A stretch of 64,000 nucleotides of DNA from a virus (taxonomy: Duplodnaviria; Caudoviricetes). Of the stretch, positions 8,622 through 16,723 are shown piece by piece. The notes under the pieces were generated by a model. That model worked only from the letters and a program-made list of their open reading frames with translations. It did not search any database and had not been told where the DNA came from. Positions within the stretch are counted from its first letter, which is position 1, and each line of letters opens with the position of its first letter. The position numbers and the translations under genes were made by a program. The stretch lies in the IMG/VR virus record IMGVR_UViG_3300036798_000504, positions 1,325-65,324 of that record; one strand, 5' to 3'.

Positions 8622-8681
8622 CGGGTAGGTCACTGGACTTTGGTTCCGGGAGTGCAGGTTCGAAGCCTGCCCGAGGGTCCA
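8607..8681 (+). tRNA. trnQ: tRNA-Gln (anticodon UUG), CCA encoded, atypical identity elements
   Basis: Acceptor CCCTCGG/CCGAGGG, D stem GACT/GGTC, anticodon arm CTGGA-CT-TTG-GT-TCCGG, T arm GCAGG-TTCGAAG-CCTGC, discriminator T, then CCA; 75 nt. Confidence 0.9.
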
Positions 8682-8699
8682 GCGCTGGAGGAGATCGAT

Positions 8700-9119
8700 A
8701 TGCACGACGCGAACATGACCAAGCTGGCCGAAGTCCTGCGCTCGCCGGCGGCCGCCAAGCACTTCTGCCTGGATGTCTACTTCGACGACGAGACCGAGGC
8801 CGATTCTCCGGTCAGGGAGTTGCCGTTCAGCCAGCGCATCGAGCGCTGCGGCGCGGTCGCCTGCATCGCCGGCTGAGCGGCGATGCTGGCGCAGCCCGGC
8901 CTCGAATCGGGCGACGGCGGCGCCGGCAGCATGCACGCAATCGGGCGGGCGTGGCTCGGCCTGACGACCGCGGCGGCCGAGGCGCTGTTCACGCCCGACA
9001 GCGAGAAGGTCGACTACGGCGCGGTGACGCCGGCCATCGCGGCGGACGTGCTCGACCATCTGCGCGAAACCGGCGAGGTGGTGTGGCCGCGCGAGGTGGC
9101 GGGCGACGACGAAGCCTAG
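8700..9119 (+). pseudogene. Gene interrupted by an in-frame TGA at 8874-8876 (nonsense mutation or readthrough)
   Basis: SD GGAGGAG and ATG 8700; ...CGAVACIAG-TGA-AAMLAQP... continues in the same frame to TAG 9119. The TGA sits where the recalled CGxxxCxAGW motif has Trp. Confidence 0.65.
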
Positions 9120-9190
9120 CGCGTATGGACGGCGATCAGCGTCAGGGCCAGGATCGCCAGCGCGGTCAGGATCACCAGGACGGCCCGCAT
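9116..9190 (-). CDS. 24-aa hydrophobic single-TM peptide MRAVLVILTALAILALTLIAVHTR, antisense to the terL start
   Basis: ATG 9190, TAG 9118-9116, SD GAGAGG 7 nt upstream, 22 of 23 codons after the ATG end in G/C; below the ORF-track length cutoff. Confidence 0.7.
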   Translation of the reverse strand: MRAVLVILTALAILALTLIAVHTR

Positions 9191-10934
9191 GTCGGCGCCT
9201 CTCATCAACTTCGACGGCACGCTGATCGACGCCGCCGGGCAGTTGATCGACCTCAGCCGTTACGACTGCGAGGAGTCTCTCTACGCCTTCACCAAGCACG
9301 CCTGGAGGCAGATCGATCCGGCCCCGTTCCGCGACGGCTGGCCGATCCAGGCGGTCTGCGAGCACCTGGAGGCGGTGGTCGACGGCGACATCAAGCGGCT
9401 GATCATCAACATCCCCCCGCGCAGCGGCAAATCGACCTTGTGCTCGGTCTGCTTCCCGGCCTGGACCTGGGCGCAGCCGGAAGACCGCAACGGGCCCACC
9501 AGCGGCCCCGGCACCCAGTTCGTCTACGCCTCCTACGCCGAGAAGCTGGCGCTGCGCTTCAGTCTTCGGAACCGGCGGCTGGTGCAGTCGAAGTGGTATC
9601 AGCAGCGCTGGGGCGATAGGTTCTCGATCCTCGCCGACGAGAACACCAGCCACCGCTTCGTCAACGACAAGGGCGGCGAGCGGCTGGTGACCTCGATCTC
9701 GGGCACCGCCACCGGCTTCGGCGGCAACATCTTCGTCATCGACGACGCCAACGCCGCCAACGAGGCGTTCAGCGAGGCCGCCATCCAGGAGGTCATCGAC
9801 TGGTGGGACCAGACCGCCTCGACCCGTCTCAACGACCTCGACGCCGGCGCCTTCGTGATCATCCAGCAGCGGCTCGCCGAGAACGACCTCACCGGCCACG
9901 TGCTGGAGCAGCAGATCGGCGACTGGGACCTCTTGATGCTGCCGATGCACTACGATCCCGAGCGGATGGTCACCACCTCCATCGGCTGGACCGACCCGCG
10001 CGCCTACGAGGGCGAGCTTCTGTGGCCCGAGCGCTTCCCCGACCGGGCGGTGAGGGCGCTGGAGCAGACGCTGGGGCCGTTCGCGGCGGCCGGGCAACTG
10101 GAGCAGAGCCCGAAGCCGAAGGGCGGCGGCGTCATCAAGTACGACTGGTGGTGCGCCTGGGAGCCCGAGCGCTACCCGCCGATGGACTACATCCTGGCCT
10201 CGCTCGACACCGCCTACACCGAGAAGACCGAGAACGACTATTCAGCCATGACCATCTGGGGGGTGTTCAGCTACGACGGCGTCGCCGTCGCCGGGCGCAT
10301 GATCGACCGCGACGGGCGCCCGCAGTACCTCGGCGAGCGCAGCTTCTACGACCCCGCGCCGCGGGTGATGCTGATGCACGCTTGGCAAAAGCGGCTGCCG
10401 CTGCACGAACTGGTGGTGAAGGTCGCCGATAGCTGTAAGCTGATGAAGGTCGACCTGCTGCTGATCGAGAACAAGGCCTCCGGGATCAGCGTCAGCCAGG
10501 AGATGCAGCGGCTCTACAGCCACGAGACCTGGGGGGTGGAACTCAACGACCCGAAGTCCATCGACAAGCTCAGCCGGCTGCACTCGGTGGTGCCGCTGTT
10601 CGCCCCCGAGCTTCGCGAGCGCAAGGACATCCGCGGCCGCACGCTCCGCGACCAGCACGGCGACCCGCTCTTGGTGAAGACCCGCGACGGCATCGTCTAC
10701 GCCCCCTCCTCGCCGGGCATGCCGACCTTCCGGGTGTGGGCCGAGGAGTGCATCCGGCAGGTCGAGAGCTTCCCGCACGGCGCGCACGACGACTACGTCG
10801 ACACCGTCTCCCAGGCGCTGCGCATGCTGCGCGACCGTGGTCTGATCCGGCTGCCGAGCGAGCGGCTTGCCGACATCGACCTCGCCAAGCAATACTCGCC
10901 GCCGCCAGCGCCCCTCTATCCCGGGGTAGGGTGA
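9189..10934 (+). CDS. terL: Terminase large subunit
   Basis: Walker A INIPPRSGKST, Walker B FVIDD, IIQQRL coupling motif, RNase H-like nuclease ASLDTAY...IENKASG...HDDYVD. Confidence 0.95.
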   Translation: MSAPLINFDGTLIDAAGQLIDLSRYDCEESLYAFTKHAWRQIDPAPFRDGWPIQAVCEHLEAVVDGDIKRLIINIPPRSGKSTLCSVCFPAWTWAQPEDRNGPTSGPGTQFVYASYAEKLALRFSLRNRRLVQSKWYQQRWGDRFSILADENTSHRFVNDKGGERLVTSISGTATGFGGNIFVIDDANAANEAFSEAAIQEVIDWWDQTASTRLNDLDAGAFVIIQQRLAENDLTGHVLEQQIGDWDLLMLPMHYDPERMVTTSIGWTDPRAYEGELLWPERFPDRAVRALEQTLGPFAAAGQLEQSPKPKGGGVIKYDWWCAWEPERYPPMDYILASLDTAYTEKTENDYSAMTIWGVFSYDGVAVAGRMIDRDGRPQYLGERSFYDPAPRVMLMHAWQKRLPLHELVVKVADSCKLMKVDLLLIENKASGISVSQEMQRLYSHETWGVELNDPKSIDKLSRLHSVVPLFAPELRERKDIRGRTLRDQHGDPLLVKTRDGIVYAPSSPGMPTFRVWAEECIRQVESFPHGAHDDYVDTVSQALRMLRDRGLIRLPSERLADIDLAKQYSPPPAPLYPGVG

Positions 10935-11065
10935 TCTCAGGAAGACGGCTCGGAACCGTCCGCCTCCCCAGCCTCCCCGGCGCTGATGCTGTTCCGGCGC
11001 GTTCCGAGACGACGCCGGCCGGCCACTCACAAGGGGGACGCTGGCGCCTCGCTCGGAGGCCCACC

Positions 11066-11284
11066 ATGCAGTGGCCCAGGATACTGGCGCAGGCCTTCGT
11101 CGACCCCGGCAGGTTCGCGGTCGAGGACATCGAGCAGCAGGCCTTCCTGGTCACCGTCGACGGCCACCTCTGGGGCGGTGACGACCTCCCTCGCCGCAAG
11201 TATGAGATCGCCGCCGTCAACGAGGACATCGCCGCCCGGGCCGGCCTGGAGCGCTACGTCACCGAGATGGAGCGGCTGAACTGA
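11066..11284 (+). CDS. Hypothetical protein (72 aa)
   Basis: SD GGAGG before ATG 11066; TGATG coupled to the next gene. Confidence 0.7.
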   Translation: MQWPRILAQAFVDPGRFAVEDIEQQAFLVTVDGHLWGGDDLPRRKYEIAAVNEDIAARAGLERYVTEMERLN

Positions 11285-11499
11285 TGAGCGAGCCGATAGA
11301 CGAGAAGCTGTACGGCTATCTGGGTCTCGCTCCGCTGAAGACCGAGGGCGAGGCGCTGCCCTACGACCGCGGCGCCGGGCCGGGCGTACCACTGACCCGC
11401 TGGGGGCGCATCAAGCACCGGGTCGGCAAGGTGCGCGAGCGCATCCGCTACATCCCCACCCGGCTCTGGTGGGCGGTGTTCGGCGACGAGTACTACTGA
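11284..11499 (+). CDS. Hypothetical protein (71 aa)
   Basis: TGATG coupled at both ends. Confidence 0.7.
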   Translation: MSEPIDEKLYGYLGLAPLKTEGEALPYDRGAGPGVPLTRWGRIKHRVGKVRERIRYIPTRLWWAVFGDEYY

Positions 11500-13970
11500 T
11501 GGCCCGCGCCGCCGGCTTCGGCCGCGCCAACCTCAGACTGGTGGTCCCGGCCCCCGACTACGGGGTCGACGACCAGATCATCGTCGACGCCGCCGAGGAT
11601 GACGCCGACCAGCCGCAGGTCAACACCTCGGGCGAGGTGTTCTCCATCGAGCACGGCGACGGCTCGGTCACCATCAGCATGAACGACAAGCCGCTGCTGC
11701 CCGGCATCGGCCACAACCGCGGCCCACAGGACTGGTTCGCCAACCTCGCCGAGGACATGGACGAGGGTCAGTTGGCCACCATCGCCGACGACCTCATGCG
11801 CGGCATCGCCGACGACGAGCAGTCGCGGCGCGAGTGGGTGGACACCGTCGCCACCTTCATCAAGCTGATCGGCGTCACCATCGAGGTGCCGGCGGTCTCG
11901 GGCGCCGCCGACGGCGCGCCGGTGGAGGGCATGAGCCGGGTGCGTCACCCGCTGCTGCTGGAGGCGGTGCTGCGCTTCCAGGCCAACGCCCGCGGCGAGT
12001 TCCTGCCCGCCGACGGGCCCATGAAGATCAGGAACGACTCCTCCGACGGGGTGGAGACCGAACTTCTGGCCGGCGCCCTCGAAAAGGACATGAACCACTA
12101 CCTGACGGCGCACGCGACCGAGTACTACCCGGACAGCGACCGGATGTACTTCCGCCTCGGGCTGGAGGGCACCGCGTTCAAGAAGGTCTACCGCTGCCCG
12201 CTGCGCATGCGGCCGGTCTCCGAGACGGTGATCGCCAACGACCTGATCGTCTCCAACGACGCCACCGACCTCGCCAACGCCCGGCGCGTCACCCACCGGC
12301 TGATGATGTCGCCCACCACCATCCGGCGCATGCAGATCATCGGGGCCTACCTGGATGTCGACTTGGGGACGCCGGTCGAGCCGAACCTCGACGCCGCGCA
12401 GCGCGAGGAGCGCCGCCAGCAGGGGCAGGCCGACGCCAGCCTCGATCCCGACGACCGCGACCGGCAGCTTTACGAGTGCTACTGCGACCTCGACCTCGTC
12501 GGCTACGAGCACATGTGGAAGGGCCGCCCGAGCGGCCTGGAAATCCCCTACCGGGTCACCGTCGACGTGACCTCGCGCAAGGTGCTGTCGCTGGTCAGGG
12601 ACTACGACGAGCCCGACGACGACGCCGAGAACAACCTGCCGAAGCGGCGCGACACCTTCGTGCAGTTCTCCTACGTGCCCGGCTTCGGCTTCTACGCGCT
12701 CGGGCTCGGCCACATCCTCGGCAATACCACCAACGCCATCACCGCCGCGTGGCGCGAGATGCTCGACAACGGCATGTTCGCCAACTTCCCCGGCTTCCTG
12801 ATCGCCAAGGCCGCCACCCGCCAGCAGACCTCGATCATCCGGGTGCCGCCCGGCGGCGGCCAGCCGGTCGACACGCTCGGCAAGCCGATCAACCAGTCGG
12901 TGATGCCGCTGCCCTACAACACCACCCAGATGCCGCCGCTGATGCAACTGATCGAGTCGATGGCGACGACCGGCTCGCGGATCGGCGGCACCGCCGAAAT
13001 CCAGGTCGGCGAGGGCCGCCAGGACGCGCCGGTCGGCACCACGCTGGCGCTCATCGATCAGGCCACCAAGATCGAGAACTCGGTGCACAAGCGCCTGCAC
13101 ACCGCCCAGGCGCAGGAGTTCAAGCTCATCGTGCGCTGCTTCCGCGAGCACCCCGAGGACTTCCTGCGCTGCGAGTTCCCGTCGAAGCAGGACTGGGACC
13201 AGCAGACCTTCCTGCAGGCGCTCTCCACCTGCGACCTCGTTCCCCAGGCCGACCCCAACACCTCGTCGCAACTGCAGCGGATGATGCGCGCGATGGGCAT
13301 CAAGCAACTGCAGAGCCAGGGCCAGAGCCTCTACGACCCCATCGCCGTCGACACCTATGCGCTGAAGTCGATGGGGGTGAACAACCCCAGCCAGTTCTTC
13401 GTGCCCCCGTCGGCGATGGGCCAGCCGCCGCCGCAACTGCAGCAGATGCAGGCCGACATGGCGGCCAAGAAGCAGCAGGCCGACGCCCGCATGCTGGACG
13501 CGCAGTCGCGCAAGGCCATCGCCGACGCCAAGACCGCCGAGGTGAAGGCCAAGGAGGCGCAGGGCGGCTTCGCCAAGGCCGGCGGATCGAGCGGCGCGCA
13601 ACCCACCGGCTTCGAAGCGCTCGACGCGCACACCAAGCTGATGGACGCCGAGACTCGCCAGTTCACCGCGCACGCCAAGCTCGGCGAGATGCAGATGCAG
13701 TCCGAGGAGAAGGCGGCCGACCGGCAGCAGGACGCGCAGACCGACCACCTCGACCTGATCAAGACGCTGCTGGCGCACCATGCCGAGGGCCAGCAACTGG
13801 CCATGAAGCACGCGCACGAGCAGCACGAGGGCGCCCACGACCGCGAGGCCGACGCCCGCGAGGGCTCGCGCGACCGCGGCTCGCAGGTGACGATGGCGAA
13901 GATCGCCGCCAAGGCGGCGCAGGCGAAGGCCGCCAAGGCCAAGAAGGACAGCCCCAAGAAAAAGGACTAA
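11499..13970 (+). CDS. Portal protein (P22/T7-like, with long C-terminal coiled coil)
   Basis: Follows terL; SRREWVDT, HPLLLEAVLRFQA, GTAFKKVY, FSYVPGFGFYALG motifs; helical Q/A-rich tail. Confidence 0.9.
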   Translation: MARAAGFGRANLRLVVPAPDYGVDDQIIVDAAEDDADQPQVNTSGEVFSIEHGDGSVTISMNDKPLLPGIGHNRGPQDWFANLAEDMDEGQLATIADDLMRGIADDEQSRREWVDTVATFIKLIGVTIEVPAVSGAADGAPVEGMSRVRHPLLLEAVLRFQANARGEFLPADGPMKIRNDSSDGVETELLAGALEKDMNHYLTAHATEYYPDSDRMYFRLGLEGTAFKKVYRCPLRMRPVSETVIANDLIVSNDATDLANARRVTHRLMMSPTTIRRMQIIGAYLDVDLGTPVEPNLDAAQREERRQQGQADASLDPDDRDRQLYECYCDLDLVGYEHMWKGRPSGLEIPYRVTVDVTSRKVLSLVRDYDEPDDDAENNLPKRRDTFVQFSYVPGFGFYALGLGHILGNTTNAITAAWREMLDNGMFANFPGFLIAKAATRQQTSIIRVPPGGGQPVDTLGKPINQSVMPLPYNTTQMPPLMQLIESMATTGSRIGGTAEIQVGEGRQDAPVGTTLALIDQATKIENSVHKRLHTAQAQEFKLIVRCFREHPEDFLRCEFPSKQDWDQQTFLQALSTCDLVPQADPNTSSQLQRMMRAMGIKQLQSQGQSLYDPIAVDTYALKSMGVNNPSQFFVPPSAMGQPPPQLQQMQADMAAKKQQADARMLDAQSRKAIADAKTAEVKAKEAQGGFAKAGGSSGAQPTGFEALDAHTKLMDAETRQFTAHAKLGEMQMQSEEKAADRQQDAQTDHLDLIKTLLAHHAEGQQLAMKHAHEQHEGAHDREADAREGSRDRGSQVTMAKIAAKAAQAKAAKAKKDSPKKKD

Positions 13971-13982
13971 GGGCGAGGACTT

Positions 13983-14246
13983 ATGAAAATCGAGGACATC
14001 CGCGACCTGCTGCAGAGCGCCCTGCAGGCGCTGGAGAACCCGACGCCGGCTGCGCTCAAGCGCGCCGAACGGCTGACCGAAGACGCCAACGCGGCGATCC
14101 GCGAACTCACCGACCCGCCCGATCCTTACAAGGACATGAAGCTGCGGCCGGGGCTCGGCGGCGGCAGTTACCAACCGAACCCCGGTGACAACGGCCACCT
14201 GACCCACACGGGCCAGCCGGTTCCCAAGGAGCACCCCGATGGCTGA
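13983..14246 (+). CDS. Hypothetical protein
   Basis: SD GAGGA; G/C-ending codons. Confidence 0.7.
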   Translation: MKIEDIRDLLQSALQALENPTPAALKRAERLTEDANAAIRELTDPPDPYKDMKLRPGLGGGSYQPNPGDNGHLTHTGQPVPKEHPDG

Positions 14247-15915
14247 AGGCTCTGGCGCGGCGGCCGCCCAATCCTACCGCGAGCACATGCGCTCCAAGGC
14301 CGCCCGGCTCGGCAGCGGCGAGGACGCGGTCTCGGTGGACGCCTCCGACTACACCCCCGGCGAACCGCTCGACGCCGACGTAAAGACCGGCATGCGGCCG
14401 GTCTCCCGGCAGGCGCGCAAGCGTGGCGGCTCGGTGAAGGGCGAGCAATCGCCGCTCGGCGCGCACGCGCTGGCGCGGCCCGGCCGTCGGGCGCGCGCCG
14501 CTGGCGGCGGGGTCGGCGAGAGCTACGTCAACCGCAACGCCAAGACCGCCAACGAGGATCGCGCGGGCAAGAAGCACGACCTCGGCCTGAAGAGCGGCGG
14601 CCGCGCGGCGCGCGCGGTGGGCGGCGTCGGCGGCGCGCCGGCGATCACCCTCGGCGGCCGGGCCCGGCCGCAGCGCAAGATGGGTTTCAGCGCCCCCGGC
14701 GGCCGCTTCGGGCTCAGCCGCCACTCCACCGACGCGCTGCACTCGATGGCCGAGAGCGAGACCGATCCGACCCGGCTCGGCCACCTGTTCGACGAGATCG
14801 ACCGCCGCTCGGGCCGCGCCCGCGGCGGCCGCGCGCGCCGCGCCAACGGCGGGCGGACGAACGAGGAAGGCTACGTGCCACGCAAGGAGCGCGCCGGTGG
14901 TGCGCACACCCGCGACCTCACCAAGCGCTCGGCCTCGGCCGCCGAGGTCGACGTGCCGAAGCGGATCGTGCGCGCCTCCGGTGGCCGCGTCGGCCGGCAG
15001 GCCGGCGGCCCGCTGTCGACGCCGCTGGCCGCCGGCATGGGCGGCCAGGGCCGGCTCGGCTTCAACTTCGGGCCGCAGGCCTCGATGGGGTCGAAGCTCG
15101 GCCTGCGCGACGGCGGCCGCGCCAAGGCGCACGAGCGCTACGGCCACGGGCCAAGCTGCAGTTGCCCTTCCTGCCGCAAGGGCAAGGCGGGCGGCGGCGG
15201 CCTCGGCGCGCTCGGCGGTCTGCTGCCGATGGCGATCCAGGAGTTCTCGGGCGGCGACGGCGACGACAACAAGCCGGCCCCCTACTCGCCCGGGAGCGGC
15301 AAGAAGGCCGGCGGTCGCGCCGGGCGCGCCAACGGCGGCCCCGCGCCGGGTCCGGCCGAGAACGAGGGTGCGGTCGGCGCGCCGAGCTTCAAGCACCGCG
15401 CCCCGAAGGGCGAGAACTCGATCCGCGCCCGCACCCTGGCCAGCGCCGAAGGGCGCAAGGACGGCGGCAGCGTCGAGAAGAAGGTGCTGGCGGCGCACCA
15501 CGCCGAGCACGATGCGATGTCGAAGGGCCGCGCCCGCGGCGGTCGCTCGGGCAAGGGCAAGATGAGCGTCAACATCGTCATCGCCCCCGGCGGCGCCAAC
15601 CCGCAGGCGGCGGGTCCGCCCGGCGCCAACCCGGCGCTGGCGATCAAGCCGCCGCCGGCCATGCCGATGCCGATGCCGGGTGGCGCGCCTGCCCCAGGCG
15701 CCATGCCGATGCCGATCCCGATGCCCGGCGCTGCGGGTCCGCCTGGACCGCCCGGCATGCCGCCGCCGGGCATGATGGGACCGCGCGCCCGCGGCGGCCG
15801 CGCGCCGCGCATCCACGGCGAGCCGGAAGCCGGCGCCGGGTCGGGCCTGGGACGGCTGCAGAAGACCGCGGCCTACGGCCACCGCTCGCGCGAGGGGTCG
15901 GGTCTGAGGAAGTAG
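14239..15915 (+). CDS. Basic low-complexity head-module protein with many xxGG motifs
   Basis: 558 aa; more than 12 copies of RKRGG/RARGG/KSGG/RDGG-type motifs; Pro/Met-rich C-terminus; lies between portal and scaffold. Confidence 0.8.
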   Translation: MAEGSGAAAAQSYREHMRSKAARLGSGEDAVSVDASDYTPGEPLDADVKTGMRPVSRQARKRGGSVKGEQSPLGAHALARPGRRARAAGGGVGESYVNRNAKTANEDRAGKKHDLGLKSGGRAARAVGGVGGAPAITLGGRARPQRKMGFSAPGGRFGLSRHSTDALHSMAESETDPTRLGHLFDEIDRRSGRARGGRARRANGGRTNEEGYVPRKERAGGAHTRDLTKRSASAAEVDVPKRIVRASGGRVGRQAGGPLSTPLAAGMGGQGRLGFNFGPQASMGSKLGLRDGGRAKAHERYGHGPSCSCPSCRKGKAGGGGLGALGGLLPMAIQEFSGGDGDDNKPAPYSPGSGKKAGGRAGRANGGPAPGPAENEGAVGAPSFKHRAPKGENSIRARTLASAEGRKDGGSVEKKVLAAHHAEHDAMSKGRARGGRSGKGKMSVNIVIAPGGANPQAAGPPGANPALAIKPPPAMPMPMPGGAPAPGAMPMPIPMPGAAGPPGPPGMPPPGMMGPRARGGRAPRIHGEPEAGAGSGLGRLQKTAAYGHRSREGSGLRK

Positions 15916-15916
15916 G

Positions 15917-16111
15917 ATGGCGTCGAGCGCGCAGTTCGAAGCGGCGCTGAAGGAGATCGTCGAGGCTGAGCGCGATCAAGCCGCCGCCGACCTCGCCGAC
16001 GGCTCGGCCGGCGACTACGCCGAGTACCGCGAGCAGGTCGGTTTCATCCGCGCCCTTGACCAGTTCGGCGAGTGGTGTGCTGAGGTGGCGAGGAAGCTGG
16101 AAGAGCGATAA
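15917..16111 (+). CDS. Small conserved head-module protein
   Basis: DYAEYREQVGFIRAL motif, recalled from genes upstream of phage groES. Confidence 0.75.
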   Translation: MASSAQFEAALKEIVEAERDQAAADLADGSAGDYAEYREQVGFIRALDQFGEWCAEVARKLEER

Positions 16112-16115
16112 CGCC

Positions 16116-16505
16116 ATGCCCGCCACGCAGTTCGCGCATGAGATCGATCCTAAGGTGAAGTTGCTGGAGGCGGTCGGGTCCGTCTCCGAGGTGGATATCT
16201 TCCACAATCAGGTGCTCTGCGCGGTCTACATCGCCCCGGAAAAGACCAGGGGTGGCATCATCCGGCCCCAGGCGAACATCGACGAGGACAAGTACCAGGG
16301 CAAGGTCGGTCTCGTCCTGAAGTGCGGCCCGCGCGCCTTCGTCAGCGACACCAAGTGGCAGTGGCCGGACGACATGGGCGAGGGCGACTGGGTGTTCTAC
16401 CGGGTCAGCGACACCATCGGCGTCACCATCAACGGGCAGGCCTGCCGCATCCTCGACGATGTCGACGTGAAGGGCCGGCTGCCGCAGCCGGATGGGGTGT
16501 GGTGA
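16116..16505 (+). CDS. groES: GroES-like co-chaperonin
   Basis: Mobile-loop EKTRGGIIRP, GKVGLVLKCGP, GDWVFY, CRILDDVDV. Confidence 0.85.
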   Translation: MPATQFAHEIDPKVKLLEAVGSVSEVDIFHNQVLCAVYIAPEKTRGGIIRPQANIDEDKYQGKVGLVLKCGPRAFVSDTKWQWPDDMGEGDWVFYRVSDTIGVTINGQACRILDDVDVKGRLPQPDGVW

Positions 16506-16720
16506 TGGACGAAAGCTACCTCGCGCAGTTCACCGAGAGCGTGCTGGTCACGCTGATGGAGGCCAAGGACCGCAACGGCCTGAAGATCAGGCTGTCGCCG
16601 GACCAGCAGATCACCATCCTGGCCAGCGCCATCACCTCGGTGATGAACAGCCGCACCGATCTGGCGCTTTTCCGGCCTATAAGCCTCGGGCCGGGCGGGG
16701 AAATCCGCTTCGGAGAGTGA
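16505..16720 (+). CDS. Hypothetical protein
   Basis: TGATG coupled start at 16505. Confidence 0.65.
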   Translation: MDESYLAQFTESVLVTLMEAKDRNGLKIRLSPDQQITILASAITSVMNSRTDLALFRPISLGPGGEIRFGE

Positions 16721-16723
16721 GTT

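Noticed and set aside
10968-11044. Resemblance to ribozymes: CCCAGCCTCC matches the HDV P2/P3 start; CTGATG...GAGAC resembles a hammerhead core
   Set aside because: By eye, HDV P1, P1.1 and the J4/2 catalytic C do not fit; the hammerhead core has CUGAUGC and GAGA (not CUGAUGA and GAAA) and no stem III. Kept only as a generic structured RNA.
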